Source: Octopus bimaculoides
Lineage: Eukaryota
Length of the DNA stretch: 64,000 bases
NCBI RefSeq assembly: GCF_001194135.2
Contig: NC_068990.1
Coordinates: forward strand, 33,065,027 to 33,129,026
Direction of reading: 5' to 3'
Part shown: one piece after another, positions 39,123 through 52,160 of the stretch
How the letters are laid out: each line of letters opens with the position of its first letter
How positions within the stretch are numbered: position 1 is the stretch's first letter
The notes under the pieces: generated by a model
What the model saw: only the letters and a program-made list of their open reading frames with translations
What the model was told of the DNA's origin: nothing
The model's database searches: none
Made by a program: the position numbers and the translations under genes

Positions 39123-39523
39123 TACAGGTGTGGCTGTTGTGGTAAGAAACTTGCATTCCAACCACATGTTCCAGGTTCAGTCCCCCTGCGTGACAACTTG
39201 GGCAAGTTTTTTCTTCTATAGCCACGGGCTTGTGAATGGATTTGGTAGACAGAAACTGAAAGAAGCCAATCATATATATATATATAGTGTGTGTGTGTGT
39301 GCGTGTGTGTGTGTATTTGTGAGTGTGTGTCTGTGTTTGTACCCCCACCATCGCTTGACAACCAGTGTTGGTGTGTTTACATATCCATAACTTAGCAGGT
39401 TGGCAAAAGAGACCGATAGAATAAATACTAGGCTTACAAAGAATAAGTCCTGGGGTCAATTTGTTCGACTAAAGGCGGTGCTCCAGCATGGCCACAGTCA
39501 AATGACTCAAACAAGTAAAAGAA
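39123..39523 (+). mobile_element. SINE family A, full length
   Basis: Head, CORE-like CTTGGGCAAG, internal (TA)(TG) tract, tail GGCGGTGCTCCAGCATGGCCACAGTCAAATGAC. Confidence 0.85.
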
Positions 39524-39699
39524 CATCCTAACAAAATTTAACAAAATAATATACTGTATTTTCTCATACATGTTCATGTAGCATATACTGTAAGCATGTA
39601 GTTTTAACATTTAAGCATTGTCACTATTTTCCAAATACAGAAGGACTTAGTGTTTAGTCACATGCTTTTTGTGGACAGTGTTACATAACTGGCCCATTT

Positions 39700-40040
39700 G
39701 AAAGTACCCTTCAATTGTTGGGCCATATGCTGTGCTTGAGAAGATCTGTTAAGTCGAGTGAAATCATTGTTGTGGCCAATGCCAGTGCTGCCTGATTGGC
39801 ACCTGTGCTGGTGGCACGTGAAAAGCACCATTCAAGTGTGGCTGATGCCAGTACCACCTGACTGGCTCATGTGTTAGTAGCACATAAAAAGCACCCACTA
39901 CACTCTTGGAGAGGTTGGCATTATGAAGGGTGTCCAGCTGTAGAAAATTTGCCAGATCAGATATGAGCTTGGTGCAGCCTCCTGGCTTGCCAGTCCTCAG
40001 TCAAACTGTCCAACCCATGCCAGCATGAAAAGCAGACGTT
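39700..40040 (+). mobile_element. RTE-type LINE 3' UTR fragment
   Basis: Ends CCAACCCATGCCAGCATGAAAAGCAGACGTTAAAC(GAT)n. Confidence 0.8.
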
Positions 40041-40228
40041 AAACGATGATGATGATGATATCTGTATTCTATTGTTCTATGACCCATCAAAATGTTTCTA
40101 TTTAGACTATAATTTCACATGGAATTTTTGGTTCTCCAAAATCATCTTGGTGTATAAGTCAACCTTCCTCCTTTTAGCTAAAAATTATGGTTGAAAATTT
40201 CAACTTGGATGCTGGAAAATACAGAACT

Positions 40229-41020
40229 CATTATCATCATCATCATTGTCATTTAATGTCTGCTTTCTATGCTGGCATGGGTTGGACGGTTTGACTGAGG
40301 GCTGGCAAGCCAGAAGGTTGCACTAGGCTCCAGTCTGATCTGGCAAAGTTTCTACAGCTGGATGCCCTTCCTAATGCCAACCACTCCGAGAATGTAGTGG
40401 GTGCTTTTTACATGCGACTGGCATGAGGGTCAGTCAGGTGACACTGGCAATGATCATATATGAATGGTGCTTCTTGTGTGCTACCAGTATGGGACCAGCC
40501 AGGCTGCACTGGCATCAACCACACACGAATGGTGCTTTTTACATGCCATTGGCATGGGTGCCAATCAGATGGTACTGTCATCAGCCATAACAATGACTTC
40601 ACTTGACTCAACAGGTCTTTGCAAGTGCTGTTTATTGCCCGATGATTGAAGGGTACTCTTAAATGGGCTGGTTATACTGCACTGGCATAGGCCACAGTTA
40701 CGGTCTCACTTAGCTTTCCAGATCTTCTCAAGCAGAGCATATCTCCAAAGGTCTCAGTTACTTGTCATCACCTCTGTGAGGCCCAATGTTCAAAGGTCGG
40801 GCTTCACCAACTCATCCCAGGTATTCCTGGGTCTACTTCTTCCACAGGTTCCCTCTACTGCTAGGGTGTGACACTTTTTCACACAGTTATCCTCATCCAT
40901 ACGCAACATATGACCATACCAGTGCAGTCACCTCTCTTGCACACAACATCTGATTCTTCTTAAGTCCAACTTTTCTCTCAGAGCACTTACACTCTGTCAT
41001 GTATGAACACTGACATTACA
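40229..41020 (-). mobile_element. RTE-clade LINE 3' end (ORF C-terminus plus 3' UTR)
   Basis: Minus-strand LREKLDLRRIRCCVQER*LHWYGHMLRMDEDNCVKKC..L.VEG..GR.RPRNTWDELVK.DL, then UTR and (GAT)n tail. Confidence 0.85.
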
Positions 41021-41404
41021 CATTTACAAGTATAAACAACAGATAAGACATCATCAGGAAATAAACTATTGTTAATGACAAGAATATGACATCAAAGAAT
41101 CCAAAGACCAAGTCTTTAGTGACATGACAGTGCTAAGTATGTATGTTGTCACAATAACATACTTTTGGAGAGGGGAGATGTAGATGAAAATAAATATCGA
41201 TGATATTCATACCATCATTAATCCCTGAGAGATAGCCTTGGCAGAATTTGAACACAGAACTTAGGAAGAAGGAACTAAAGGCTATAAGACATGTAGTGTA
41301 ACACCTCACCATCTCTACCACTTTACCATTTCTGTTAATCCATTCATAACTCCAATTTTCTATCACCACTTATCTGGTTTTCTATTTCCACCATTCTAAC
41401 AGAT

Positions 41405-41438
<34 letters not shown>

Positions 41439-41688
41439 GTTTCAAATCTTGGCACAAGGCCAGTAATTTCAGTGAAGGGGATAAATCGATTACATCGACC
41501 CCCAGTGTTCAGCTGGTACTTACTTTATAAACTTGAAAAGATAAAATGCACAGTTAATCTCATCAGAATATGATCTCAGAACGTAAAGATTGACGAAATG
41601 TCACTGAGCATTTTGCCTAACATGCTAATGATTCTGCCAGCTTGGTGCCTTGATGATGATGATGATGGTGGTGATGATGATGAAGATG

Positions 41689-41730
<42 letters not shown>

Positions 41731-42769
41731 TACCCGAGAGAACAAAGGGGTCTTTGCTGCTTCACTAAATATTCTCTAACATCAATGAAATAACAAAGAA
41801 AATTATAAAGAAATTCCAAAAATGTTAAAGGAAACCTGTGTCAGTAATATATTAATTTATTAGTAAAATTTGATTGCTTTTGTCTCATATAATTAATGTA
41901 TTGTAAATGTTCACAACAATGCTCAATTAGCCATCATGTTTAAACACACTAATGGAGTACAAGTCAAATCACCACCAGACAGACTTAGTTCTCCATAGAA
42001 AATAACAACAAATAATATAAATGTAAATCATATTGTTCAGTCCAAAGTTGAAAGAAATGCATACTTTGTAATAAAATTTCTGAAAAATGGAGTGTGAAAA
42101 ACTACATGTAGCCAGAACCAAATAAACGATATCCAATGAAAATGATCGCAATTTAACTAACTAACTAAATAAATAAATGAATAAATGCATAAATAAATAA
42201 ATAAATAAATAAATGTATGTATGCATGCATGATCACAATTGAAATAAACGGCTGGAATTTTACTCCTTCAGATGCTGCAAATAAAACAGAAAATTCAAAA
42301 ATAAACATGAGAGAAATGCATTTCTGTACTAATTATGTAGTTTACTTAAGCCCAAAATAAGAGTACTACTTAATGTACAAAATATCTGCGGAAACAAACT
42401 AAAAGAAATTCTGTATCCTGTTGAATATGACATTCATGAAAATATATTTTTAAAATCAAAATATTATCAAGTCTTAAAATGAGACAATTAAAAGAAAAAA
42501 AGCACATTATAAAAATGCAAATAACAAATGAAAAATTCACATGGCCACAGTCAAATGACTGAAAAGAATAAAAACAAAAATAAAAAAAATACAAGCAATG
42601 GTAATTAAAAGATGGGAAGAGCACTGAGAATGCAAACCAAGAAATACAAAATGAAAAAGCAGCTTAAACTCTTGTATGAATGAAGATTTCTGACCTACAA
42701 CAGTTGGACAAGAACTATGCAAAGGAAAGTATGAATAAAAGGAAACATAAGAAAGATCTAAAAATAGTT

Positions 42770-43065
42770 CATTGTAAGGGTGGAACTTCTAAATATGGCT
42801 GTAACCGAAAGGAGCTTGGACAAGTCCCTTAACACTGTGGGGGTAGTCGGGGTGCTACAGCCATGCAGCATATCTTGGGTAAGAAAGCCTGGCGGAGCCC
42901 ATCCCTCTCCAGGCTAAACACATTTCTACAGCTGAGAGGACTGAAGTAATGTGAAATGAAGTGTTTTGCTCAAGAACACAACAGATCACCCAGTCCAGGG
43001 ATTGAAACCACAATGTTACAGTCATGAATCCAACACCCCTAACCACTAAGTGATGCACCTTCACC
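42770..43065 (-). mobile_element. tRNA-derived SINE (family D-like head)
   Basis: Reverse complement CACTTAGTGGTTAGGG...GGTTTCAATCCCTGGAC gives A/B-box-like motifs, then GTGTTCTTGAGCAAAACAC. Confidence 0.6.
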
Positions 43066-43850
43066 AAATGGAGTGGAAATAGTTAAATAATTATAATTTG
43101 TAGTTGTTTCTACAGATTAATGAAAGAGAAATTGTTCCTATAAGCAACAACAATAAAAAGCAAAAACATGACCATGATAGATCATTAAAACAGCTACAAA
43201 TATCAATATCACCAAGATAACCCAAATAATATATGCAACAGCCACAGTAATAACAAAGGAAGGAGGAGATTCTTTCAGATCTGCTTGTGTTGGAATATCA
43301 AAACCCAACTAAACAATAGAGAAAACAAACGTACAGAAAGAAAAAAAAAACTGAAAATAAGAGAAAAAAAATCTCTCAATCTTTAGTGAAATCGATAAAA
43401 GGAGATGGAAATGGAGGAACTGAACAGACAAATGCTATAGAAATATATCAGAAGGAAAATGAAATACTCCAAAGTAAAAAATGCCTGAAGAGTTCCTCAC
43501 TATGTTTCAAAGAATCTGTCATTATAAAAAGCGACAATGATTCTTTGAACAAAGCAAGCGGCTCAACTGTAAACCAAAATGATTTTATTGAGGACAAAGT
43601 AAAAATAAATAGAAATCAATCTAGCGCCAACAGCAACATAAGTAGTAAATTTATGTGGATATGAGGAGGAGGAGGAGGAGTGACAAAAGGATCACCACCA
43701 ATGTTCGAAATAACAAGTGCATCATGCGAACAATCGTGAGGCCATATTAACCGAACACTCTAGTGTTTCTCTGACTCTTATACTGGTGCTCAAATGTATT
43801 CAGAGCCGCGTTTGACATTTTAGTTTGTGTTATCATCATGTCTTCAATTT

Positions 43851-44485
43851 TAACCATTTAGTGCTCAGATTACTCTGTCAAATGTAATGCTTATTTATTA
43901 AGATTGTCTTAAATTAACCATGCATCATCTTGTAGATTCAAGATTTTAATGATCTGATTGTTTCTTTTTAGAATGACATTGTAGGAGAGGTGTGAGGGAC
44001 CAGATGTGGCTGGTTGGTTTGAACATAAAACTGGTAGAATATTTGGACTGGATTTGTTGTTGTTGTTGTTGGCATTCCGTCGCTTACGACGTCGAGGGTT
44101 CCAGTTGATCCGATCAACAGAACAGCTTGCTCGTGAAATTAACGTGCAAGTGGCTGAGCACTCCACAGACACGTGTACCCTTAACGTAGTTCTCGGGGAT
44201 ATATTCAGTGTGACACAGTGTGACAAGGCTGACCCTTTGAATTACAGGCACAACAGAAACAGGAAGTAAGAGTGAGAGAAAGTTGTGGTGAAAGAGTACA
44301 GCAGGGTTCGCCACCATCCCCTGCCGGAGCTTCGTGGAGCTTTAGGTGTTTTCGCTCAATAAACACTCACAATGCTCGGTCTGGGAATCGAAACCACGAT
44401 CCTATGACCGCGAGTCTGCTGCCCTAACCACTGGGCCATTGTGCCGCCTTGGACTGGATATGGCTGGTTTAAATGCTAAAGGGTT
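43851..44485 (+). mobile_element. piggyBac-like MITE interrupted by a SINE
   Basis: Left TAACCATTTAGTGCTCAGATTACTC and right TTTAAATGCTAAAGGGTT. Same family as 5036-5256. Confidence 0.75.
44054..44448 (-). mobile_element. Young tRNA-derived SINE with (CAA)n tail and 11-bp TSD
   Basis: Reverse complement head GGCGGCACAATGGCCCAGTGGTTAGGGCAG...GGTTTCGATTCCC. TTGGACTGGAT at 44043-44053 and at 44449-44459. Confidence 0.9.
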
Positions 44486-47169
44486 GCACACAACAGATAA
44501 TGCCATACCTTGTGCTGTTTTAAATGAGAGAATTTCACTTGGTATGTCTCAGAGAGCTTGCTGTACAACTTGATGTAAGGGGGTATTTAATCTACTTCTG
44601 TATAAGCAGAAGTCATATAATTTTTTCTTCACTCTCCTTTGGATTAGTTCCTGTGGCTGTTGAGTTTACAAAATTCTCCTATTTACACTTTTATCTTTGA
44701 AACTGTAGCACATCCAAAATTTCCATCTGTTCCTTTTGTATTGTAGGAAAGTTTGTCATTACACAGTCACAATATGAATGGACTACAGCATTTGGAATCA
44801 TGCAAAAGTCTTTTCATTGTTGTTGTTACTGCTGTCATTGTCTTCTCAATGATTTATTTTAGTATCTGGGACATTTTTCAATTAACTGTTCAATATGCTA
44901 TTCATTTTCTTCTTCCTCTTTTACATTTAGCTCTGCATTTTGGTACTGTGCTTTTCTTTTTTAGCCATTGTAGTGTTTGGTTTTGCAGCATAATTAAGTG
45001 TGGTAACCAGGCAACCATTTTGGATATAAAAAATGTCAAGTGTGTAAATAAAATTTTGAAAGTTTGTGAACCAGACCCCCTTTTTGTTCCTGTTGTCTGA
45101 CCCTGGGTATCGAGGGTAGCTATTCCTTAAAAAATAATTACATTTCTTTTTACAAGTATTCCAAAGAAAATTTCATTCGGTAATGTTTGGCTAAATTATG
45201 TTTTGAAACAAGTGAAAGGATATCTCCTTACTACAAGAGTTGAATGATGATGATGATGACAATGGTGGTGGTGATGATGATGATGATGATGATGATGACA
45301 ATGGCGATGATGATGATGATGATGATGATGACTCTTTCAGATTTTGGCATAAGGCCGGCACTTTTCAAGAGAGAAAGCAAGTCAATTATATCAACCTTGT
45401 ATTTGACTGATTCTTTATTTTATTTGATTCCAGAGGGATGAAAACCAAAGTTGGCCTTGGTGGGATTTGAACTCAGAACGTAAAGAGTTGTAAGAAATGC
45501 TGCTAAGCATTTTTGTCTGACTTGCTAATGGTTCTGCCAGCTTGCTGCCTTAATAACCAAAATGATATTTGATTACGACAGAAGGAATCCAAATATAGTT
45601 TAGGTAGAGAGGTGCCCTTGTACATGACTGGTACATGAAGAAGTTTAGCTTCATCTACTAGTCATAAGGTATTATGCTGAGAGAGAAAGGGTAGGAGGAG
45701 GGGCCGAATGTATGTGAGAGAAGCAATAGGTTGTTATGGTGCTGTTCTTGTCAGAGTTTTAATGAAAGGCAGTTCAGTTTCGAACAACCAATCTTTTTTT
45801 CAGACATGGTGTACCGTGATCTACATAATATGATATGCCTTTTAGAAAATGACAGAGTGTGCTTTGAGGGATGTTTAGCTACTATGTCCAGCAGGTTGAA
45901 CAACTGCATAATGTTTACAACATTTTAGTAATGGAAAAAATATTAGAGAAATAGTGTGTGGTTCTATAGATATGAGGTAGATAGGAATGATATAAGGTAT
46001 AGGTGAAGTTTGGGTAGGTTCTTCAAGGTTGCTACAGTGAATAGAGGAGGGTAGAAACAGGTAAAGTGCCTCACTCCTACCTCTAAGCAATAACCACACC
46101 CTTACAAATACAGACAATGCTTTTAAAGAGACAATTCTACTTGACATCAAGTGATAGTTGAAGAGATAAATTAGCAATAAGTTGGTCTGTCATATTTGGC
46201 ATTCGTCCCATTATTATTAATGGGACAGTCAATTAAGCATTATATCATGATACTGAAAAACAAACCAAATATAGAAATAGTGGCATTAACCTCTCTATCT
46301 TTCTTTCCTTCTCTCCCTCTCTCTCACACACACACACTCTCTCTCACACACACACTCTCTCTCCTCTCCACTTCCATCTTTAAACTGCATAATTTCAGAA
46401 GGCCCAAGGCCAAATGAGAACCTCACTAACAACATTTCATTGTGACTCTCAATAATGATTTGGCAAATTATTATTGGAAATTTTCAAAACAGTCAAGTAT
46501 TTTGGAAGGATTTGGCTCATGTTTAACTGACTTATCTCTCTTAATTGCATTCTAAAATGATGTAACATCAAGAGAGATCATGGAAATCACTGGAAGCTTC
46601 AGTGAAAATAGACAATAGAAACGTTGTTAGTAGAGATCTCATCTTTCACCTCACATTATTATTTCATTTCAAGAATAGTGAAAGAAAGAAATTACAAAAT
46701 ATATAAAAATTATGGGTTTTTGTATGTGTGTATCTTTTTTTTTAATGGAAAGATTTGTGATACATCAGGAAATTAAAAGTTCTTTAAATTTCTTTCGTTC
46801 TCTTTCGGTATTTCTTAGTAATTTGGTTTTGGAAATGGCTGAATAAAGTTCCTGTGTGTTTTAATGAATGATTTCGTGGAGGAAATTTAAGAAATGACCT
46901 TCAGAAAATAAATGAAGGAAGCAATTTTGGTTTTAAAGTTTCTTGATCAATTTTTCAATATGATTTGTTGCTAAAAATACAAAGAAAGAGGTGGAGGAAT
47001 CAACAACAACAACAAACAAACAGAGAAAAAAGAACAAATGTTTTCTGCTTGTAAATAATTTAGAAATCAAGAAGAACTGTCAGAAAACCAGAAAAAACGA
47101 AACACAGGAGAATATAGCAGTAACACAATAACTCTCTCACTCACTCTCTCTCTCTCTCTCTCTCTCTCG

Positions 47170-47202
<33 letters not shown>

Positions 47203-47206
47203 CACA

Positions 47207-47267
<61 letters not shown>

Positions 47268-47738
47268 ACATGCAGGCATAGACGCTCACAGTTTGAAGTA
47301 TTCTGTTACATTCATTCTACTTTCAAACTATGTCATGCTTCTAGAATCACTAATACAAGTAACAGTCAAATACTAGAGTTAATTTCATAAGCTGTGTCCA
47401 CCTCTGACAATTCTGGCTCTGTGCCAATATCAGAAATTGTTAGCAAAAGTTGCTAGCGCCTACTCAAGCCTAGTATCTTAGGGTATTTCATTATGTTCTT
47501 TAAATTTCTGAGTACATGTCCAGCGAGAGCTGACATTGTCATTCATATTTCTGTAATAACATTAATACACAATATTTGTGTAATAACATAAGTAGTTGTC
47601 AAGTACTGGAGTTGGTTGGAGCAATTTTTCCCTCCCCACAAAATACGGCCTATTGTCTGAATAATAATAACAATAATAACAACAACGATGATGATGATGA
47701 CAATGACAATGATGATGATAATAATAATATTGGAAGTA

Positions 47739-47966
47739 TTGGGTTGTCCGGAAAGTTCGTGCCAATTTTTAAAGGAAAGAAAAAGGTCAATAAATACTTG
47801 CCATTACATTTTTAATCAACCAAATATGAACCATTTTGTTGCACAATGCATCTCTATCTTTTCTTTAACTTGAAAATACCCTCTTCCCAGAATTGTGATG
47901 CTTTCATGGTAAAAAAGTTGAAAGGTAAGCTACTATAAATTGGCACAAACTTTCCAGACAACCCAA
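47739..47966. mobile_element. Mariner-derived MITE (internally deleted)
   Basis: 30-bp TIRs TTGGGTTGTCCGGAAAGTTCGTGCCAATTT (28/30 match), with TA at 47737-47738 and 47967-47968. The interior resembles a mariner transposase C-terminus on the minus strand (…QQNGSYLVD*). Confidence 0.9.
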
Positions 47967-49825
47967 TATTATCATGTATATTGTTTTCTCTTGGTATAAA
48001 AGATGGGCTACAGCAAATATTCTGCTCAATACTACAGATTTGCTTGTCAGTTATTTGACCTTAACTAGTTGAGCATGTCCCTTAGTGCCTGATGATATGT
48101 GTATCTGATCACAAAGCAGAAGTAGTGGGGAGCATCATAGCCATGTGTTCAAAGGAAACATGGGTGTTTCATTCAACATCCTTAAACAACCCTTATTCGG
48201 AGACCTTTAGAGCAAGGTGGGCTACTCAACCAGAAGAAAATTCTAACTGGGTCCTACCTGCAAGGTCATGAGCTGTTTATCTTGATATGAGATTACCATA
48301 TTGCACACATATGGTTGTGATGCATGTACCTGGTGTACTCTTATCAAATTGGTAGTCATGATGGGTATACTGGGCTTTGTAGCCTGATGGATGTGAACCA
48401 TTTGGCAGAAAAATATACTTTTCTTCTCTAGGTACAAGGCCCAAAATTTTTGGGGAGGGGGCCAGTCGATTAGATCGACCCCAGTATGCAACTGGTACTT
48501 AATTTATTGACCCAGAAAGGATGAAAGGCAAAGTCAACCTAAGCAGAATTTGAATTCAAAATGTAAAGACAGATGAAATACCGCTAAGCATTTCTGCCAG
48601 CTCGCTGCATTTTGGCAGAAGAATATATTGAATCAATGATGAATATCATAGATGCTGAGTGGATGAACAGATAACAAACTGTCAACAGCCAGGATCAACT
48701 AGTTCACTTAGTGAACTACTGCTATCATCTGTAGTCATGGTATGTGCAGATGAGATATTTCAGCTAGTGAAAGGCCAATGTGACTAAAATCCAGGCCAAA
48801 ACATTCATGCTTCATTGCTTAATCAGGAAGCCTGGTGTGGAAGAGTTACATTGGTCTGGGCAAGTGACCCAACTGGCTGTAGCACCAGTCAATTTTCATT
48901 GAACTAATTCTTTGATCCTCTCCTGAAACCTTTCTATGCTTACCACAAGGATGACAAATGAAAGTAAAAAAAATTCTGTTAGAAGAATATTACATAGGAA
49001 TCACTGGATTGATGTGTCTGAGACACATGAAGTGACATTCTATGAATATCCAGGTTATCACCACCATAACAACTACTTCATAATTTGGAGTATTATATTC
49101 TTTCCCATTACAGACATTACCAGACAATTGAGTAAAGCTTTCATTAAGATGACTTTCCTTTACATTTTAATATGATTAACATGACCTTACTCTCCATCAT
49201 AATATCATTAACGTGACACTATTCTCCATTGTGTCTACAGCAGTATATAAATTGGCTCTTTCTACGAATTACTTTTTATGGGGGAAGAGTTATTATAATC
49301 TTTTTTTCCTCCTTAGCAATTCTAACTTGTCATTTTACACTATTTTTGTTTGTTTTATTTCTGTTTATTTATTTCTGTATTTGTCTGAAATATTTCTGTA
49401 AATTGTTATCATTTCAAAGAATTCACAATAAATCAACAGAAGAGTCGTTTTATGGAAGAATATATCAGATTTTGCCAGAATGACATGATGAAGATATTGC
49501 AGTAGAGAGAAGGACGCTGGTGCCAGGGTATTTAGTTCCTGTGACCAACTCTATAGTGACCAACTCTATAGTGCATGCACCCTTCTCTACAACTTCCTTC
49601 AATTTTATGTTCCCAATTCAAATGCTGCTGAGATCGACTCTACCTTTTATCCTTTTGGGGTCGATAAAATAAGTACCAGTTGAGCACTGGAGTCGATGTG
49701 ATCGACTTAGTTCCCTTCTCTTAAATTGCTGACCTTGTGCCAAAATTTGAAACTAATGTTAGCAAGAAGTAATAATAATAATAATAATATTAATAATAAT
49801 AATAATTATTATTATTATTATTATT

Positions 49826-50333
49826 GAGAGAGCAAAAAAGTGGTACGAACATAAACTTGAAGGCACCATCGAAAATGATAATGCAAAAATCCCATGGGAT
49901 TTTATGATTCAGTGTGACCAGGAGATAGAAAATAGGTAACCAGACATAGTGTTAATTGAGAAAGAAAGCAAATGATGCTGGATTACAGATATAGCATGCC
50001 CAGCTGACAACAAGGTATGTGATAAGGAAGAAAGAAAAGTCGAAAGATATAACAGTTTAGATTGGGAGGTGAAGCAGTTGTGGTCATTGAAAAAGGTGGT
50101 AGTAATACCAATAATTGTCAGAGCCCTGGGAACAGTGAGTAAAAATCTTGAGAAGGACACGGAACAAATAGGGGCTGCAATAAGGGTGGAGCACTTGCAG
50201 AAGACAGCACTGCTTGGAACCACTTGAATACTCTGGATGGTGCTTGAAAAATAAGTGGTGTTACCTTAGTTCACTGATAGTGAAGAGTTGGCACCGTAGT
50301 ACATCTCCAGCATTAGAAGTAGTGCAAAGACAA
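49826..50333 (+). mobile_element. R4/Dong-like non-LTR retrotransposon 3' end (restriction-like endonuclease domain)
   Basis: ERAKKWYEHK.EG.IEND.AKI.WDF.IQCD..I.NR*PDIVLI.K....I.DIACP.D....KE..KV.RY..L..EV..LW...V.V.PII..ALG...K........LQKTALLGT, the PD-(D/E)xK RLE signature. Two stops are present. Confidence 0.85.
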
Positions 50334-50625
50334 TATGATAATAATTATAAAATAATGATAATCCTTTCTATTATAGGCACAAGGCCTGAAATTTGCAGGG
50401 AAGGATAAGCTGATTACATTGACTACAGTGTGTAACTGGTACTTATTTAATCGACCTCAAAAGAATGAAAGGCAAAGTCAGCCTTGACGTAATTTGAACT
50501 CAGAATGCAGCAGCATTTGCCAAACATGCTAATGATTCTGCCAGCTCACCACCCTAATAATAATAATGATAATAATAATAATGATGATGACGATGATGAT
50601 GATGATGATGACGATGATGATGATA

Positions 50626-51183
50626 AATGCGCTGATGGAATATCAGGCAGTGACTCTCATGGCTTCTGATCTTAACTGATTGGAAGTGTTATCATGTGCA
50701 TTATTTTGTCTTGGTATAACAGATGGGCTACAGCAAATATTCTGCTCAACATTACAGATTTTCTTGTCGGTTGCTTGACCTTAACCAGTTGAGCATGTCC
50801 CTTAGTGACTGACAATATGTGCATCTCTGATCATGAGCAGAAGTACTGGGGGAGCATCATAACCATGTGTTGAGAGGAATTCTTTGGGGTTTGGATAATC
50901 CACTTCTGGGAACATGGGTGTTTCACTCAACATCCTCAAACAACCCTTATTCAGGGACCTTTTGAGTAGGATGGGCTACTCAACCTGAAGAAAATTCTAA
51001 CTGGGTCCCACCTGCAAGGTCATGCGCTGTTTATCTTGATATGAGATCACCATGTTGCACACATATGATTGTGATGCATGTGCCTGGTGTACCCTTATCA
51101 GACAGGTAGTCATGATGGGTATATTGGGCTTTGAATATTTGTACCTCAGTGTCACTCTGATGGCATGCACTGCTCTCTCATTC

Positions 51184-51184
<1 letters not shown>
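50626..51184 (-). mobile_element. Family U repeat, full copy
   Basis: Reverse complement of 30280-30830; flanked by (GAT)n and (AAT)n. Confidence 0.8.
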
Positions 51185-51220
<36 letters not shown>

Positions 51221-51980
51221 TTTTATAAAGATTGACATAACTCTTCACAAAGGTAAATAGACAATAAGAAGAGTACGGTACATCAAACCAATAAATAATC
51301 TATTACATTCAAATTGCGCTCTTCTTATTGTTTAATAATAACAATAATAATAATAATGAGAATAGAGTGTCCAGTAGAACTATTTGCCCCCTTGGCATGG
51401 CCAAAATCATCAAGAAAGTATTAGATAATTGAAAAAGAACAGATAGCATGGTATTGTATGCTGCAGGTAGTAAATCTGTATTGCATGCAAGATCCTAGGA
51501 GTTCCAACAAAACCCAACTTATAATAATAATGATGATGATAATAGTAATAATATTTTTTTCTAATTTAGGCAACTGATCGACAATGTAGGGGGTGCAGTT
51601 TAGTGAATTAAATGAACCCCGGTACTTCACTAGTACTTTTTTTTTATGAACTCCCAAAAGATGTAAGCCAAAGTTAACCTCAACAGGATTTGAACTCAGT
51701 ATGTAAAGAATGTGAGGAGCCAGAATAAATTCCACAAAGCAGTTTCTTGAACAGTAATGAATTTACCAATCCACCACTTTTAATAATAACAATGATAAAC
51801 AAGAGTATTCAGAGAGTGCAGACCTCAACCAAGGCAACACCAATGTCCTCTCAATGATTAGCCAAAGATGATTTTTAAAATGAGAATATCTGAAATAAAC
51901 TTGACTGCTCTCGTAAATGAGAATACTAAAAATGAGCCCGACTGCTCTCAAAAATAAATAAAAAAACAGAAAAAAAAAAA

Positions 51981-52160
51981 TCCAGAATCCTTGTCCGGTA
52001 CTGGATTAATCTCAAAATCTAATCAGTTTGTGTCAGTCATGAGGCCAAACATCCCTGAAAGTTTCATCCGAATCCATCCAGTGGTTCTTGAGATATCTTG
52101 TTCATGGACAAACAAACATGACTGCAAACAATACCTCTGCCTTCGCTAAGGCGGAGGTAA
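51981..52160 (+). mobile_element. Helentron/Helitron-associated non-autonomous element fragment (HINE/DINE-like)
   Basis: GAAAGTTTCATCCGAATCC...GAGATATC...GACAAACAAACA, then the terminal hairpin ACCTCTGCC (52133-52141) / GGCGGAGGT (52150-52158). Class recalled, not verified. Confidence 0.6.

Noticed and set aside
44380-44448. tRNA-like A/B boxes as a tRNA gene
   Set aside because: It is the head of a SINE with body, tail and TSD. No genuine tRNA, rRNA or snRNA was recognised in the window.
45600-46180. Possible decayed LINE fragment or 100-aa ORF
   Set aside because: I could not assign any diagnostic motif.
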